Shown one piece after another: positions 12,096 to 25,748 of a DNA stretch of 64,000 nucleotides. The notes below the pieces were generated by a model. It was given only the letters and a program-made list of their open reading frames with translations. It did no database searches and was not told where the DNA came from. The stretch's first letter is position 1, and each line of letters begins with the position of its first letter. The position numbers and the translations under genes are program-made. The stretch is from Octopus sinensis (taxonomy: Eukaryota): contig NC_043010.1 in NCBI RefSeq assembly GCF_006345805.1, forward strand, positions 65,348,001-65,412,000, read 5' to 3'.

Positions 12096-12304
12096 GTTTT
12101 GTGACCGCGTGTATACCGTTGGTGATTTTTTTCCCTCCGTCTTCCCTTCCTTGGATCTTTCCTTTTCCTATATTTCTGACGAAGAGCTCCGCTTGAAACG
12201 TTACGCCCTCCTTCTTTCTTTCCTTTCTTGAGCGTCCAATAACACTATACTTGTTCCACATCCTCGCGTTGTTGTGTTTCCTCTTTGTGTTTTCATGTTT
12301 GGAT

Positions 12305-12308
<4 letters not shown>
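12095..12308 (+). mobile_element. PLE 3' tail with degenerate hammerhead at 12176-12203
   Basis: CTGACGA-A-GAGC-TCC-GCTT-GAAAC-GTT; pyrimidine-rich flanks, ends in (TA)n; stem I essentially lost. Confidence 0.6.
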
Positions 12309-12343
<35 letters not shown>

Positions 12344-12345
12344 AT

Positions 12346-12492
12346 ATTTCAGTTTCCATCTGACAAATCTACTCTCAAGGCTTAGATTGGCTCGGCGTTG
12401 TAGAAGAAGACCCTTGCCCAAGGTGCTGCGCAATTGAACTTTGGACCCATGTGACTGAGAAGCAAACATCTCACCGTACATTAGGCTTGTGT
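12346..12492 (-). mobile_element. SINE type B, 5' half
   Basis: TTTCAGTTTCC...CAAATCTACTC...CTTGCCCAAGGTGCTGCGC. Confidence 0.7.
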
Positions 12493-12960
12493 CTGTTGTC
12501 TGTCACAAACTTGAAAGATTGCTTCCAAAACTAAGTTACAAAGATTAATTTTCTTTTATCCTAAAATGACCAACAACGTTGTTAATAGTATTTCGCATCA
12601 AATCAAATATGTCGCTAGTCATGCGATGTATATCAATATACAATGTCCACATCTCAGTCCTATATTGTAACGAGACGATGTCATTTTGCCCAGCAGTCAC
12701 GAATTTGAGTTGAAATTCTGATGACGTGTCTTTTCCCCTCTCTCTCTGTCTCTGTCTCTCTCTCACTCTCTCTCACACACACGCACACACGCACGCAAAC
12801 ACACGCAACTACACACGCACACACATACACACGCACAAATATTTGTACAAGCATGTATGCATTTGTAGCGGAGTGTGAAAAAGAGCCTACATTAGTAGGT
12901 GAATAATACCTACTGGAGATGTCCCTTACCAGTTTTATTCAGTTGAGTTAGTTTTCTCTT

Positions 12961-15900
12961 ATAAACGGGGGTAAAACAGCTTCGTATGTGTCTTATTAAC
13001 GGGGGTAAAAGAGCTTCGTATATGTCTTATTAACGAGGGTAAAACAGCTTCGTATGTGTCTTATTAACGGGGTAAAACAGATTAGTATGTGTATTATTAA
13101 CAGGGTAAAACAGCTTCGTATGTGTCTTATTAACGGGGGTAAAAGAGCTTCGTATATGTCTTATTAACGAGGGTAAAACAGCTTCGTATGTGTCTTATTA
13201 ACGGGGTAAAACAGATTAGTATGTGTATTATTAACAGGGTAAAACAGCTTCGTATATGTCTTATTAACGAGGGTAAAACAGCTTCGTATGTGTTTTATTA
13301 ACGGGGTAAAACAGCTTCGTATGTGTCTTATTAACGGGGGTAAAACAGCTTCGTATCTGTCTTATTAACGGGGTAAAACAGCGTCGTATCGGTCTTATTA
13401 ACGTGGGTAAAACAACTTCGCATGTGTTTTATTAACGGGGTAAAACAGCTTCGTATGTGTATTATTAACGGAGTAAAACAGCTTCGCATGTGTCTAATTT
13501 TCGGGGGTAAAACAGCTTCGTATGTGTCTTATTAACGGGGTAAAACAGCTTCGTATGTGTCTTATTAACGGAGCAAAACAGCTTCGGGTGTGTATTAAAA
13601 ACGGGGTAAAACAGCTTCGTATGTGTATTATTAACGGGGTAAAACAGCTTCGTATGTGTATTATTAATGGGGTAAAACAGCTTCGAATGTGTCTTATTAA
13701 CGGGGGTAAAACAGATTCGTATGTGTATTATTAAAGGATTAAAACAGCTTCGTATGTAAATTATTAACAGGGTAAAACAGCTTCGCATGTGTCTTATTAA
13801 CATGAGAAAACAGCTTCGTATGTGTCTTATTAACGGGATAAAACAGCTTCGTATGTGTCTTATTAACGGGGTAAAACAGCTTGGTAAGTGTATTTTTAAC
13901 GGGGGTAAAACAGCTTCGTATGTGTCTTATTAACGGGCTAAAACAGATTTGTATGTGTCTTATTAACGGGGTAAAACAGCTTCGTATGTGTCTTATTGAA
14001 AGGGTAAAACAGCTTCACATGTGTCTTTTTAACGGGGTAAAACAGCTTTGTATGTGCCTTATGAGCGGGGGTAAAACATCTTCGTATGTGTATTATTAAC
14101 GGGGTTAAACAACTTCCTATGTGTATCATTAACGGGGTAAAACAGCTTCGTATGTGTCTTATTAACGGGGTAAAAAAGGTTCGTATGTGTCTTTTTAACG
14201 GGGAAAACAAATTTGTACGTCTTATTAACGGGGGTAAAACAGCTTCGTATGTGTATTGTTAACGGGGTTAAACAGCTTCACGTGTGTCTTTTCACGGGGT
14301 AAAACAGCTTCGTATGTGTGTTATTAAGGGGGGTAAAACAGCATCGTATGAGTCTTATTAACGGGGTAAAATAGCTTCGTATGTGTCTAATAACCGGGGG
14401 AAAACAGCTTCGTGTGTGTCTTATTAACGGGGGTAAAACAGCTTTGTATGTGTCTTATTAATGCGGTAAAACAGCTTTGTATGTGTCTTATTAACGGGAG
14501 TAAAACAGCTTCGTTTGTGTATTAATAACGGGGGTAAAACAGCTTCGTATGTGACTTATTAACAGGGTAAAACAGCGTCACATGTGTCTTATTATCAGGG
14601 AAAACAGATTCGTATGTGTCTTATTAACGGGATAAAACAGCTTCGTAAGTGTCTTATTAACGGCCTAAAACAGCTTGGTATGTGTATTATTAACGGGGGA
14701 AAAAATGCTTCGTATGTGTCTTATTTATGTGGGTAAAACAGCTTCGCATGTGTTTTATTAACGGGGTAAAACAGATACGTATGTGTATTATTAACGGGGT
14801 AAAACAGCTTCGTATGTGTCTTATTATCGGGGGTAAAATAGCTTCGTATGTGTCTTATTAACTGGGTAAAACGGCATCGTATGTGTATTATTACCGGGGT
14901 AAAACAGCTTCGTATATGTCTTATTAACAGGGTAAAACAGCTTCGCCTGTGTATTATTAAAGTGCTAAAACAGCGTCGTATGTGTCTTATTAACGGGGGT
15001 AAAACAGCTTCGCATTTGTCTTATTAACGGGGTAAAACGGCTTCGTATGTGTCTTATTAACGCGGGTAAAACAGCTTCGTATGTGTATTATTAACGGGGT
15101 AAAACAGCTTCGTATGTGTGTTATTAACGGGGTAAAACAGCTTCGTATGTGTATTATTAAAGGGGTAAAACAGGTTCGTATGTAAATTAATAACAGGGTA
15201 AAACAGCTTCGTATGTGTCTTATTAACGGGTAAAAAAGCTTCATATGTGTCTTATTAACGGGATAATACAGCTTCGTATGTGTCTTATTAACGGGGTAAA
15301 ACAGCATGGTATGTGTATTATTTACGGGGTAAAACAACTTCGTATGTGTCTTATTAATGGGATAAATAAGCTTTGTTTGTGTCTTAATAACGGGGGTGAA
15401 ACAGCTGCGTATGTGTCTTATTAACGGGGTAAAACAGCTTCGTATGTGTCTTATTAACGGGGTAAAACTGCTTCGAATGTGTATTATTAACGGGGTAAAA
15501 CGGCTTCGTATGTGTCTTATTTACGGGGTAAAACGGCTTCATATGTGTCTTATTAACAGGGTAAAACAGCTTCGTATGTGTATTATTAACGGGGTAAAAC
15601 AGCTTCGTATGTGTCATATTAAAGGGGGTAAAACAGCTTCATATGTGTCTTATTAACGGGATAAAACAGCTTCGTATTTGTCTTATTAACAGGGTAAAAC
15701 AGCTTCGTATGTGTCATATTAACGGGGGTAAAACAGCTTCATATGTGTCTTATTAACGGGATAAAACAGCTTCGTATGTGTCTTATTAACAGGGTAAAAC
15801 AGCTTGGTTTGTGTATCATTAACGGGGGTAAAACAGCTTCGTATGTGTCTTATTAACGGGGTAAATCAGCTTTGTATGTGTCTTTTTAATGGGGGTGAAA

Positions 15901-18900
15901 CAGCTTCGTATGTATCTTATTAACTGGGGTAAAACAGCTTCGTATGTGTCTTATTAACGGGGTAAAACAGCGTCATATGTGCCTTATTAACGAGGATAAA
16001 AACAGCTTCGTATGTGTCTTATTAACGGGATAAAAGTGCTTCGTATGTGTCTTATTGACAGGGTAAAACAGCTTCGCATGTGTCTTATTAACGGGGGTTA
16101 AACAGCTTTGTGTGTTTCTTATTAACGGGGTTAAACAGCTTCGTATGTCTCTTATTTACTGGGTAAAACAGCTTCGTATGTGTCTTATTAACGCGTTAAA
16201 ACAGGTTCACATGTGTCTTATGAACGGGGTAAAACAACTTTCTATGTGTCTTATTAAGGGGGTAAAACAGTTTCGCATTTGTCTTATTTACAGGGTAAAA
16301 CAGCTTCGTATGTGTCTTATTAACTGGGTAAAATAGCTTCGTATGTGTCTTACTAACTATGGGTAAAACAGCTTCGTATGTATCTTATTAACGGGCTAAA
16401 ACAGCTTCGTATGTGTCTTGTTATCGGGGGTAAAACGGCTTCGTATGTGTATTATTATAGGATTACAACAGCTTCGTATGTAAATTATTAACAGGGTAAA
16501 ACAGCTTCGCATGTGTCTTATTAACAGGAGAAAACACGCTCGAATGTGTCTTATTAACGGGGGTAAAACAGCTTCATATGTGTCTTCTTAACGGGATAAA
16601 ACAGCTTCGTATGTGTCTTATTAACGGGGTAAAACAGCTTGGTATCTGTATTTTTAACGGGGGTAAAACAGCTTCGTATGTGTATTATTAACGGGCTAAA
16701 ACAGCTTCGTATGTGTCTTATTAACGGAGTAAAACAGCTTCACATGTGTCTTTTATCGAGGTAAAACTGCTCCTTATGTGTCTTATGAACGGGGATAAAA
16801 CAGCTTCTTATGTGTCTTATTAACGGGGTAAAACAGCTTCGTATGTGTCTTATTAACGGGTTAAAACAGCTTCCTATGAATCTTATTAACGGGGGTCGAA
16901 AAGCTTCGTATGTGTATTATTAAAGGGGTAAAACAGCTTCGTATGTAAATTATTAACAGGGTAAAACAGCTTCGTATGTGTCTTATTAACGGGTAAAACA
17001 AGTTCACATGTGTCTTTTTAACGGGGTAAAACAGCTTCGTATGTCTCTTATTAACGGGGTAAAACAGCTTCGTATGTGTCTTATTAACGGGGGTAAAACA
17101 ACTTCGCATGTGTCTTATTAACGGGGTAAACCAGCTTCGTATGTGTCTTATTAATGGGGTAAGACACCTTCGTATGTGTCTTGTTAACGGGGTTAAAACA
17201 GCTTCGTATGTGTATTATTAACGGGGTAAAACAGCTTCATATGTCTCTTATTAACGGGAGTAAAACAGCTTCGTATGTGCATTATTAAAGGGGTAAAACA
17301 GCTTCGTATGTGTCTTATTAACTGGGTAAAACAGCTTCGCATGTGTCTTATTAACAGGGTAAAACAGCTTCGTATGTGTCTTATTAACGGGCGTAAAACA
17401 GCTTCATATGTGTCTTATTAACGGGATAAAACACCTTCGTATGTGTCTTATTAACAGGGTATTACAGCTTCGTATGTATCTTATTAACGAGGGTAAAACA
17501 GCCTTGTATGTTTCTTTTTAACGGGGTAAAACAGCTTCCTATGTCTCTTATTAACGGGGTAAAACAGCTTCGTATATGTCTTATTAAGGGAGTAAAACAG
17601 CGTCGTATGTGTCTTATGAACGGCGTAAAACAACTTTGTATGTATCTTATTAAGGGGTTAAAACAGCTTCGTATGCGTATTGTTTACGGGATAAAACAGC
17701 TTCGTATATGTCTTATTAACGGGGTTAAACAGCTTCGTATTTGTCTTATTAACGGGGATAAAACAGCTTCATATGTGTTTTATTAACGGGCTAAAACAGC
17801 TTCGTATGTGCCTTATTAACGGGTTAAAACAGCTTCGCATGTGTCTTATTTACAGGGTAAAACAGCTTCGTATGTGTCTTATTAACGGCGTAATACAGCT
17901 TCGTATGTGTTTATTAACGGGATAAAACAACTTCGTATGTGTATCATTAACGGAGTAAAACAGCTTCGTATGTGCCTTATTAACGGGCTAAAACAGCTTC
18001 GTATTTGTCTTATTAACGGGGTTAAAACTGCTTCGTATGTGTATTAATAACGGGGTAAAACAGCTTCGTATGTGTCTTATTAACGGGGGTAAAACAGCTT
18101 CGTATGTGTCTTATTAACGGGGTAAAACAGCTTTGTATGCGTGTTTTTAACGGGTTGAAACAGCTTCGTTTTTGTATTATTAACGGGGTAAAACAGCTTC
18201 GTATGTGTCTTATTAACGGGTAAATCAGCTTCGTATGTGTCTTATTACCGGGGGTAAAAACAACTTCGTAAGTGTCTTATTAACGGAGTAAAACTGGTTT
18301 GTATGTGTCCTATTAACGGGGGTAAAACAGCTTCGTATGTGTCTTATCATCGGGATAAAACAGCTCTGTATGTGTCTTATTAACGGATTAAAACAGCTTC
18401 GCATGTGTCTTAATAACGGGGTAAAACAGCTTTGAATGTGTCCTATTAACGGGGTAATACAGCTTCGTATGTTTCTTATTAACAGGTGTAAAACAGCTTC
18501 GCATGTGTCTTATTAACAGGGGTAAAACAGCTTCGCATGTGTCTTATTAACAGGGGTAAAACAGCTACGTGTGTGTCTTATTAACGGGGGTTAAAAACAG
18601 CTACGTGTGTGTATTATTAACGGGGGTTAAAAACTGCTTCGTATGTGTCTTTTTAACGGGGTTAAAACAGCTTCGTATGTGTCTTATTAACACGGTAAAA
18701 CATCTTCGTATGTGTCTTATTAACAGGGGTAAAACAGCTTCGTATGTGTCTTATTAACAGGGGTTGAACAGCTACTTGTGTGTCTTATTAACGGGGGTTT
18801 AAAACAGCTTCGTATGTGTCTTAATAACAGGGGTAAAACAGCTTCGTATGTGTCTTATTAACTGGGGTAAAACAGCTTCGTATGTGTCTTATTAACTGGG

Positions 18901-19512
18901 GTAAAACAGCTTCGCATGTGTCTTATTAACAGGGGTAAAACAGCTATGTGTGTGTCTTATTAACGGGGGTTAAAAACAGCTACGTGTGTGTATTATTAAC
19001 GGGGGTTAAAAACTGCTTCATATGTGTCTTATTAACGGGGTTAAAACAGCTTCGTATGTGTCTTATTAACACGGTAAAACAGCTTCGTATGTGTCTTATT
19101 AACAGGGGTAAAACAGCTTCGTATGTGTCTTATTAACAGGGGTTAAACAGCTACGTGTGTGTCTTTTTAACGGGGGTTTAAAACAGCTTCGTATGTGTCT
19201 TAATAACAGGGGTAAACCAGCTTTGTATGCGTCTTATTAACGAGGGTAAAGCAGCTTCGTATGTGTCTTATTAACAGGGGTAAAACAGCTTCATATGTGT
19301 CTTATTAACAGGGGTAAAACAGCTTCGTATGTGTCTTATTAACGGGGATAAAACAGCTTTTTATGTGTCTTATTAAAGGGGGTAAAAACAACTTCGTATG
19401 TGTCTTATTAACGAGGGTAAAGTCAGCTTCGTATATGTCTTGTTAACGGGGGTTAAAAACAGCTTCGTATGTGTATTATTAACCGGGGTTAAAAACAGTT
19501 TCGTATGTGTCA
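12961..19512. repeat. 33-35-bp satellite, ~195 copies, in GPCR intron 1
   Basis: consensus GGGGTAAAACAGCTTCGTATGTGTCTTATTAAC; length varies in the G run; copy number estimated as length/33.5. Confidence 0.98.
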
Positions 19513-19539
19513 CTCGTGACAGCTTCCTTTAACATCGCA

Positions 19540-19913
19540 TTTTTACCTCTGCCTTAGCGAAGGCAGAGGTATTGTTTTCAGTCGTGTTTGTTTGTTTGCC
19601 CGTGGATAAGATATCTCAAGAACCGCTGGATGGATTCTGATGAAACTGTCAGGGATGTTTGTCTTTGTGACTAGCATGAACTGATTAGATTTTGGGAGTG
19701 ATTCGGTACTGAAATAGGATTCTGGATTATTTTTCCTGATTTTTTTACTTAATTGTTTAGAGTGGTCGGGTTTATCTTTAGTATTCTCGTTTGTGAGAGC
19801 AGTCGAGTGTATTTCAGATATTCTCATTTTAAAAAATCATCCCTCTTGCTACTCGTTGAGAGGACGTCGGTGTTGTCTTGGCGGAAATTTGCGCTCTCCG
19901 AGTGATCTTGTTT
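19540..19913 (+). mobile_element. non-autonomous Helentron-type element (HINE/DINE-1-like)
   Basis: T run, 11-bp hairpin ACCTCTGCCTT-AGCG-AAGGCAGAGGT, GTTT microsatellite core, 3' TTGGCGGAAATT sub-TIR and CGCTCTCCGAGTG hairpin, then TTGTTT. Confidence 0.75.
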
Positions 19914-20599
19914 GAAATTATTTCGAGTCACTTACACGTCATCGAAGCACATATCAATTTTCTGGAATCACATAAGAATAAAAGTAACATGAGGATGCTT
20001 ACGTATAACAGCATACATTGAGAAATTAGTCATTAGTTCCTTTTTTCACTGCTACAACTATACAATTTGTTAATCGATTTGTATAAAATGTGTCCTAAAA
20101 TGAAGCGCTAGAACCCTTCACCGAAAGTTTACTTAAAATTCTTAATTTTGACCTGTTTTTTTTTCCTGTCACAATTAATGAGTAATTGATAAAGTCGGTT
20201 AAAGGAATCCAGACCTATGAATCCCAACTGATCTACAATCCTGATGGAAAGTACGAGAAAGAAGTGTTTGTAAAATAATGCTATTGTGAAAAAAAATCGT
20301 TCGAAGTTTACGACAAACGCTATCTTCTTTGGATGTAACATGCAGGACAAAAATATTCAATTTTGATTTGCTTGCTAAATTTGCCGCTGGCAGTACTGAA
20401 ACGTTTCTAGGTTAGATCAGGAAAATCCTGCTACTGATACGTTGTAACCCAGTACTATATGTTTTATAGGTGGGTGGTCAGTAACCAAACCAGCTCCCTA
20501 ATCTGGCTTTCCAGGTAAGGAAGTGTTGTGCATGTTCTGCAGAACATAAAAAAACAAGAACTATTGAAGGACGGATGAACTCTTTGTCAGCCAACGGCC

Positions 20600-20860
20600 A
20601 TCTTATCTCGTGGTGTCTCGTGTAACATCCTGCATATGGTCTTGCAAACTATGCATCTGGTCCAAGACTGTAGCTACGGAAACTCCAATGAAGGCTATGC
20701 TGTGTTCCCGAGTTGGAATCAGAGTCCTAGATGGTTGTGGTGTAGAACTAGAAACATTTCTGATTCGATCACACCTCAGAGAGAACAACCATGTCGACAG
20801 AATGAGCAACGAAAGACTGCCAAAAATCCTCACGTATAGACAGATTCGTGATGTTGCATG
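20600..20860 (+). mobile_element. RTE-type LINE remnant
   Basis: HLRENNHVDRMSNERLPKILTYRQI resembles the RTE C-terminal motif LRW.GHV.RM...RLPK.LLYG. Confidence 0.55.
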
Positions 20861-21264
20861 ATATGTGAGCAGGACAGGCTCAATTGTAATCTTAAAATCT
20901 TAAAGCCATCAACATCCTTGTTGGAACAGCCAGATCACAGAGAATTAAGAACGAATGCTGAAATTTATCTGAACTGAAACTCCTGTAGCTGTCTGTATTT
21001 AGGGTTGGTGTGCAGAGGTGTTTCTGGCTAAGCGTCACGCAAGAGACAAAAACATAACAAATCAAATCATGTCTACTGAAATGTTCAATCCTCATAAGTC
21101 GAAAGTGTCGGGTAAATTCATCAGGTTTACGTGTGTGTGTGTGTGTGTGTGTGTGTGCTTGTGTGTGTTTGTGTGTATGTGCTTGTGCTTGTGTGTGTGT
21201 TTGTGCTTGTGTGTGTTTGTGTGTGTGTGCTTGTGTTTGTGTGTGTCTGTTAGTGTCTGCTTGT

Positions 21265-21296
<32 letters not shown>

Positions 21297-21453
21297 GCGT
21301 GCGTGCGTGCATCCGTGCTGGCGCGTGTGAGTATGCGTTCTTGTACATGTTTGGGTGTGAGTGTGCGTCTGCAGACTTGTTTGTATAAGAATGTATGTGT
21401 ATAAATGATCGGTTACATGTATATATATATATATATATATACATATATATATA

Positions 21454-21489
<36 letters not shown>

Positions 21490-24299
21490 ATATAGATTAT
21501 ATATGTATGTATGTTTGTATGTATTATTAACGATATAATGTATATACTATAATAGCATTTATAGTTTTAACTAATAACAGTTATGCAAGGTTCACTTTGC
21601 AATCGAAGATAATCATGTTTCTCAATATCAAGAAATTATCTCCCTTTGAACGTTTACAGTTTATCTTTTTAAATAACGGCGACAAGGTAAGGTCATTGTG
21701 CATAAAATTTTTCACGGGTATAACTGTGTACTTAAATTGTTTGCTCCAAAGCCTTGTGAGTGGGTCTTGGAAGGTAGACAGTATAGAATGTCAAAGAGAC
21801 AATTTCGTTGACAGCATCAGTCGGTCACAGGGTTTAACACCACAATGTGAGTCTTGGCTGCCCTTAGAGGAGTCCTCTTTCTTGCAATCATTCAGCCTAT
21901 ATCTCTTATCTGAGTATCAGTTCTTATCTCTCAATCTTCATTCCCAGAGATCTCTAAAAGGAGTTGCCTGAGAATGATGGGAGAGATTCCTTCTCATAGT
22001 TGCTAGCATTCTTCTTCGGACTGAGGCTGTCATTCAAATAAATCCACGTATTTATTTTTATGATATCCATTTTAATATTACACGAAGATAATATTCACTA
22101 AATAAGGTCTCGTGTATTAGACACACAAGAAGGGAAGCAAGGGAGGTCATCGCTCCCGGTCGCATGTTTGAAGGGGTGCAAAATTTCCTTTAGATTTCTA
22201 TCGCATTTGTTATGTCGGCGGTGGGTGGCGATCATGAAAAGGATTTGTATTCTGCGCCGAGATGTGTGAATACCTTTCTGGGTACACCTCAGACGGGATT
22301 GGTGACTTAGACGTATTTTGAGTTCTGAAGGAATTATCGCTGAGAATAATGAGCTGCCAGGATCTCTTCTATCTATTCTCTTATCTTTAACTGCATGATT
22401 GAAATCAACCGGATTACTCAGATGCACCTTCGAAGATTTGGTCAAATCGCAGCGGATCGTCCACATAATACTTTAGATATTGTAGGATATTTGTGAGGGA
22501 AGCCGACTGTAATAAAGTAAGCAATTCACGCTTTCGTGAGATCAACAAGGTCTTGGGATAATCTTGTGATCAGTTTGTTATCAGTTTGATCAATTGATAA
22601 ACGCATCGAATACAGTATTTAAAGTTTAGAGAGTGATGAATGAGTCAGGTAGTTGAACGGAAACTAACGGGAGAACGATAAATATTAGACACTGGGTGGG
22701 TCTGAAAATAACAATAGAGAATATCCGGTAAAATAAAGTGAGTAATATCAGACTTCTAAATTTAGCAATATATAAGCTGAGTGCAGCTGGCACTTAATAA
22801 CAAAGTGGTTGTAAAGATAGCCAGAAACTATTTCAACGATAATGACGAGCTAACACAAGTGCGTTCGATAGTAGCGAAACATGGTGGTTCTAACGAACAA
22901 CTCTAATGAAGAATGTCATATCCAATACCGTTTTAGCAGTCCTTTCTTAAATTATTCGGCAAAAACGGCTGACTAGAAATTGAAAAACTCCATTGATGGC
23001 TTGCCCTAAATAAGGGTTGTAATTCGGCTGAGAAGCTATGCAAGAGATGAGGATTGTCTCATCTTCGGACTGTGATATATCAAACCAGGTTTGTTCATCA
23101 TTTTCTTTGCGGAGTTTTCTTTTTGCAACAGGTTGCAGACATGATGGGCTCGGATTGCTATGGGTGTAACCCCTTCTCATATTTCAAATGGGGTGCAGAA
23201 TGAAGAGGGGTGGAATGTATAATATCTGCTTATGCAGACGGCATTGTCTATGCAGCATCGGACGCATCCGAAATAAAGATAGTCAGCCTCATACCGAGGG
23301 AGCACCAGGCGACAACAAGAGAATAAGGTTATGGCCCAGCTGTATGACACTGAAGCATCAAGTCCACGCAGTGAAGGTAGCTGAGATTTGATTCACACAA
23401 GCCACTTGTCTGAGCTAGAAGAGAACCAGTCTGAACTAGAAATGGGCTGAGTAAAAGCAAGCGATGGGAGATCAGATAGAAATGGCGATTGTATACATCG
23501 CTGTCATAATTTAATATTGACAAACCGCTGTGCTGAAAGGTTGGATCGGTCCTTCTAATGTCGACACCAGCACAGAGAACGTCGAACTTGACATTCTCTG
23601 TCTGGTGATTCTTAGGCATAGAACGAAGCTACGACATCTCCAGGAGATTTGGAGCAGTGATGATATTTATTTTGCCATTTGTAAAGCACGTTCTTCTACA
23701 GATTGTATCTTTGACAGGGCAGCCAAGATGAGCCGACCGCAAATAAGTTGGCAAGGAGGTGGTCATGGAATGATATTAGGCGTTCGCTCTCCTCTCTCAG
23801 CCGATTTTTGAAGATATTAGAATGTCCACATTAACACACAATAGAGGGCCATAGGAGGAAGGGGATGATTAACGATTTCTTAGGGAAGATTTTGGGTGAC
23901 AACGAAGTCTATCTATGAAGTATATTTGGAGGAGTTTGAGCATAGAGCCTGACTATCTTCCCAAAACTCCTAGCCTAGCTGCACTTTCAGACGTTATACC
24001 CTACCCTGGCACAGCTGTACTGCCCGGGGGTACAGCAGATTCGAGATAAATTCAACAGACAAAATTGCTGTCAATCGAGCAACGAAACGAAACCTTCTCT
24101 ACGCATCTGATCAATGGCCAGATATTACTGACTGGTGGAAGTGTTATCGTGTTTCAGTCGAATAACTATATCTTGTGGCAATTGCTAAGAAGACTGCATG
24201 ACGGTTACACTTGAAGAGGGTTAAAGAGATTGACTATACCAAGTATCAATTTAGACAGAAGGGGAAGATCCAGTAAATTTGAAGATAGGTGAATATCTT

Positions 24300-25460
24300 T
24301 TATTTTATAACAGGATCTTACATTCATAGTTCTCAGGAACAGCCTCTGATCCATGTTTGTACCAGTTCCGTGCTCTACCCAGACCGAACTTTTCACACAG
24401 TTTCTAGTGAATAAACATAACCACGTTATCGCGCCTCCTTTTGTGGTGCTTTTGGGCCAATTTGCTATACTCACTCACAATATGTGAGATTATTTCGTTT
24501 TCGCTGCTACACATCATACAGAGAACGATTCACTGTTCTTATCTATTTGGAACTTGGTGTAGTTAGTTCCTGGGCGCTGTATATTGCTTTCTCGTTACCA
24601 TCTCCATGTGTTGGTCTTGTCTTTTCCTTCGATTTCTTTGAGGTATTGCTCCAGCATTGTTTTCATTTTCCAATTGTTTTTCGCTGTTCTTTATCTTGTT
24701 TCTTAAATGTTCTTAGATGCATCACATTTTCGGTAGGTATTGTGTGGTTCTTTCTAACAGCAACAAGCAAGGATTCACCCTGCTGTTTGACGTACCATCT
24801 CGGATTGTTCTTCTCGTTGGCAACATAGATCTTGCATCCTATGAGGCCCCTTTCTCCCTGTGAGTAGATGTTTTTTTCCAATCCTTTATTATGTCTGGGT
24901 TTTTTTAGCTTCTACTTCTTTGTTTAATTTGTGCAGACATGTCCCAGATGAGTGTGACCCGGTTGTTGTCAGGTATCCTTTTTTGTGTAGTAATGTTTCA
25001 GTCACGTCTGTATATATATTCAGATTTGGCAACGACTGGAAAGCCAGAGATGATATGGTCAACTTTCGTTCTGCTGGTTGCACATTCGGGATTTGATGCT
25101 AGAGCCTGTTTTTATTATTTTGCTTTTCTAGCTGTTTGTGGTCAAGTATTGGTGCTTGCAAATTACCCAGTGGATATACTGTGCAGTTCTATCATACCTA
25201 TTGAGGTACTCTGAGCTATAAATGGAGACAATGTGATCGATGGTTTCATCCTGTCTTTTACACGTGCTACATACTAGGTTGCTGCCGTTCTTTATGATGT
25301 TGACCTGAAAGCTTCTTGTAGGCAGGCATTGATCCGGGGCTGCTCTGTTAGACCCTTCTGCGTTCGATTTTATATCTGAGGAAGCGAACCATTGATGGAT
25401 AAGAGATTTGTCAATATTAGCAATGTTAACAAGACAGCGAGCAAGCAGAAACGTTAGCAC
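24300..25460 (-). mobile_element. rearranged R4/Dong-type (RLE) LINE fragments
   Basis: CSTCKRQDETIDHIVS..EYLNRYDRTAQYIHWVICK; second knuckle VDHIISGFPVVAKSEYIYRRD; GERGLIGCK...NNPRWYVK; reverse of 24330-24410 gives LCEKFGLGRARNWYKH. Confidence 0.7.
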
Positions 25461-25670
25461 GCCGAGCGAAATGCTTAGCGGTATCCCGTCTATCTACGTT
25501 CTGAGTTCAAAACCCACGGAGGTCGACTTTGCCTCTCATCCTTTCGGGGTCGATTAAATAAGTACCATTTACGCACTAGGGTCGATGTAATCGACTTAAT
25601 CTCTTCGTCTGACCTTGTTTGTCCCCCCTGTGTTTAGCCCCTTGTGTGCAATAAAGAAATAAAATAATAT
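25447..25670 (+). mobile_element. SINE type A
   Basis: CAGAAACGTTAGCACGCCG...GTTCTGAGTTCAAA...GTCGACTTTGCC...TTTAGCCCCTTGTG. Confidence 0.85.
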
Positions 25671-25748
25671 TAGCGTTGAAATAATGTTTTTCTAAATCTC
25701 TCAGAGAGATTTATGCAGTAGCAGCATGATAAAGTGATAATATGTTGT

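Noticed and set aside
13465-19136. Periodic ORFs (MCLINGVKQLR)n and (NKTHTKLFYPV)n
   Set aside because: By-product of the 33-bp monomer; frames break at every 34/35-bp variant and there are no splice or start signals.
12961-19512. CRISPR-like array
   Set aside because: Monomers are contiguous with no unique spacers, there are no cas genes and the context is eukaryotic.
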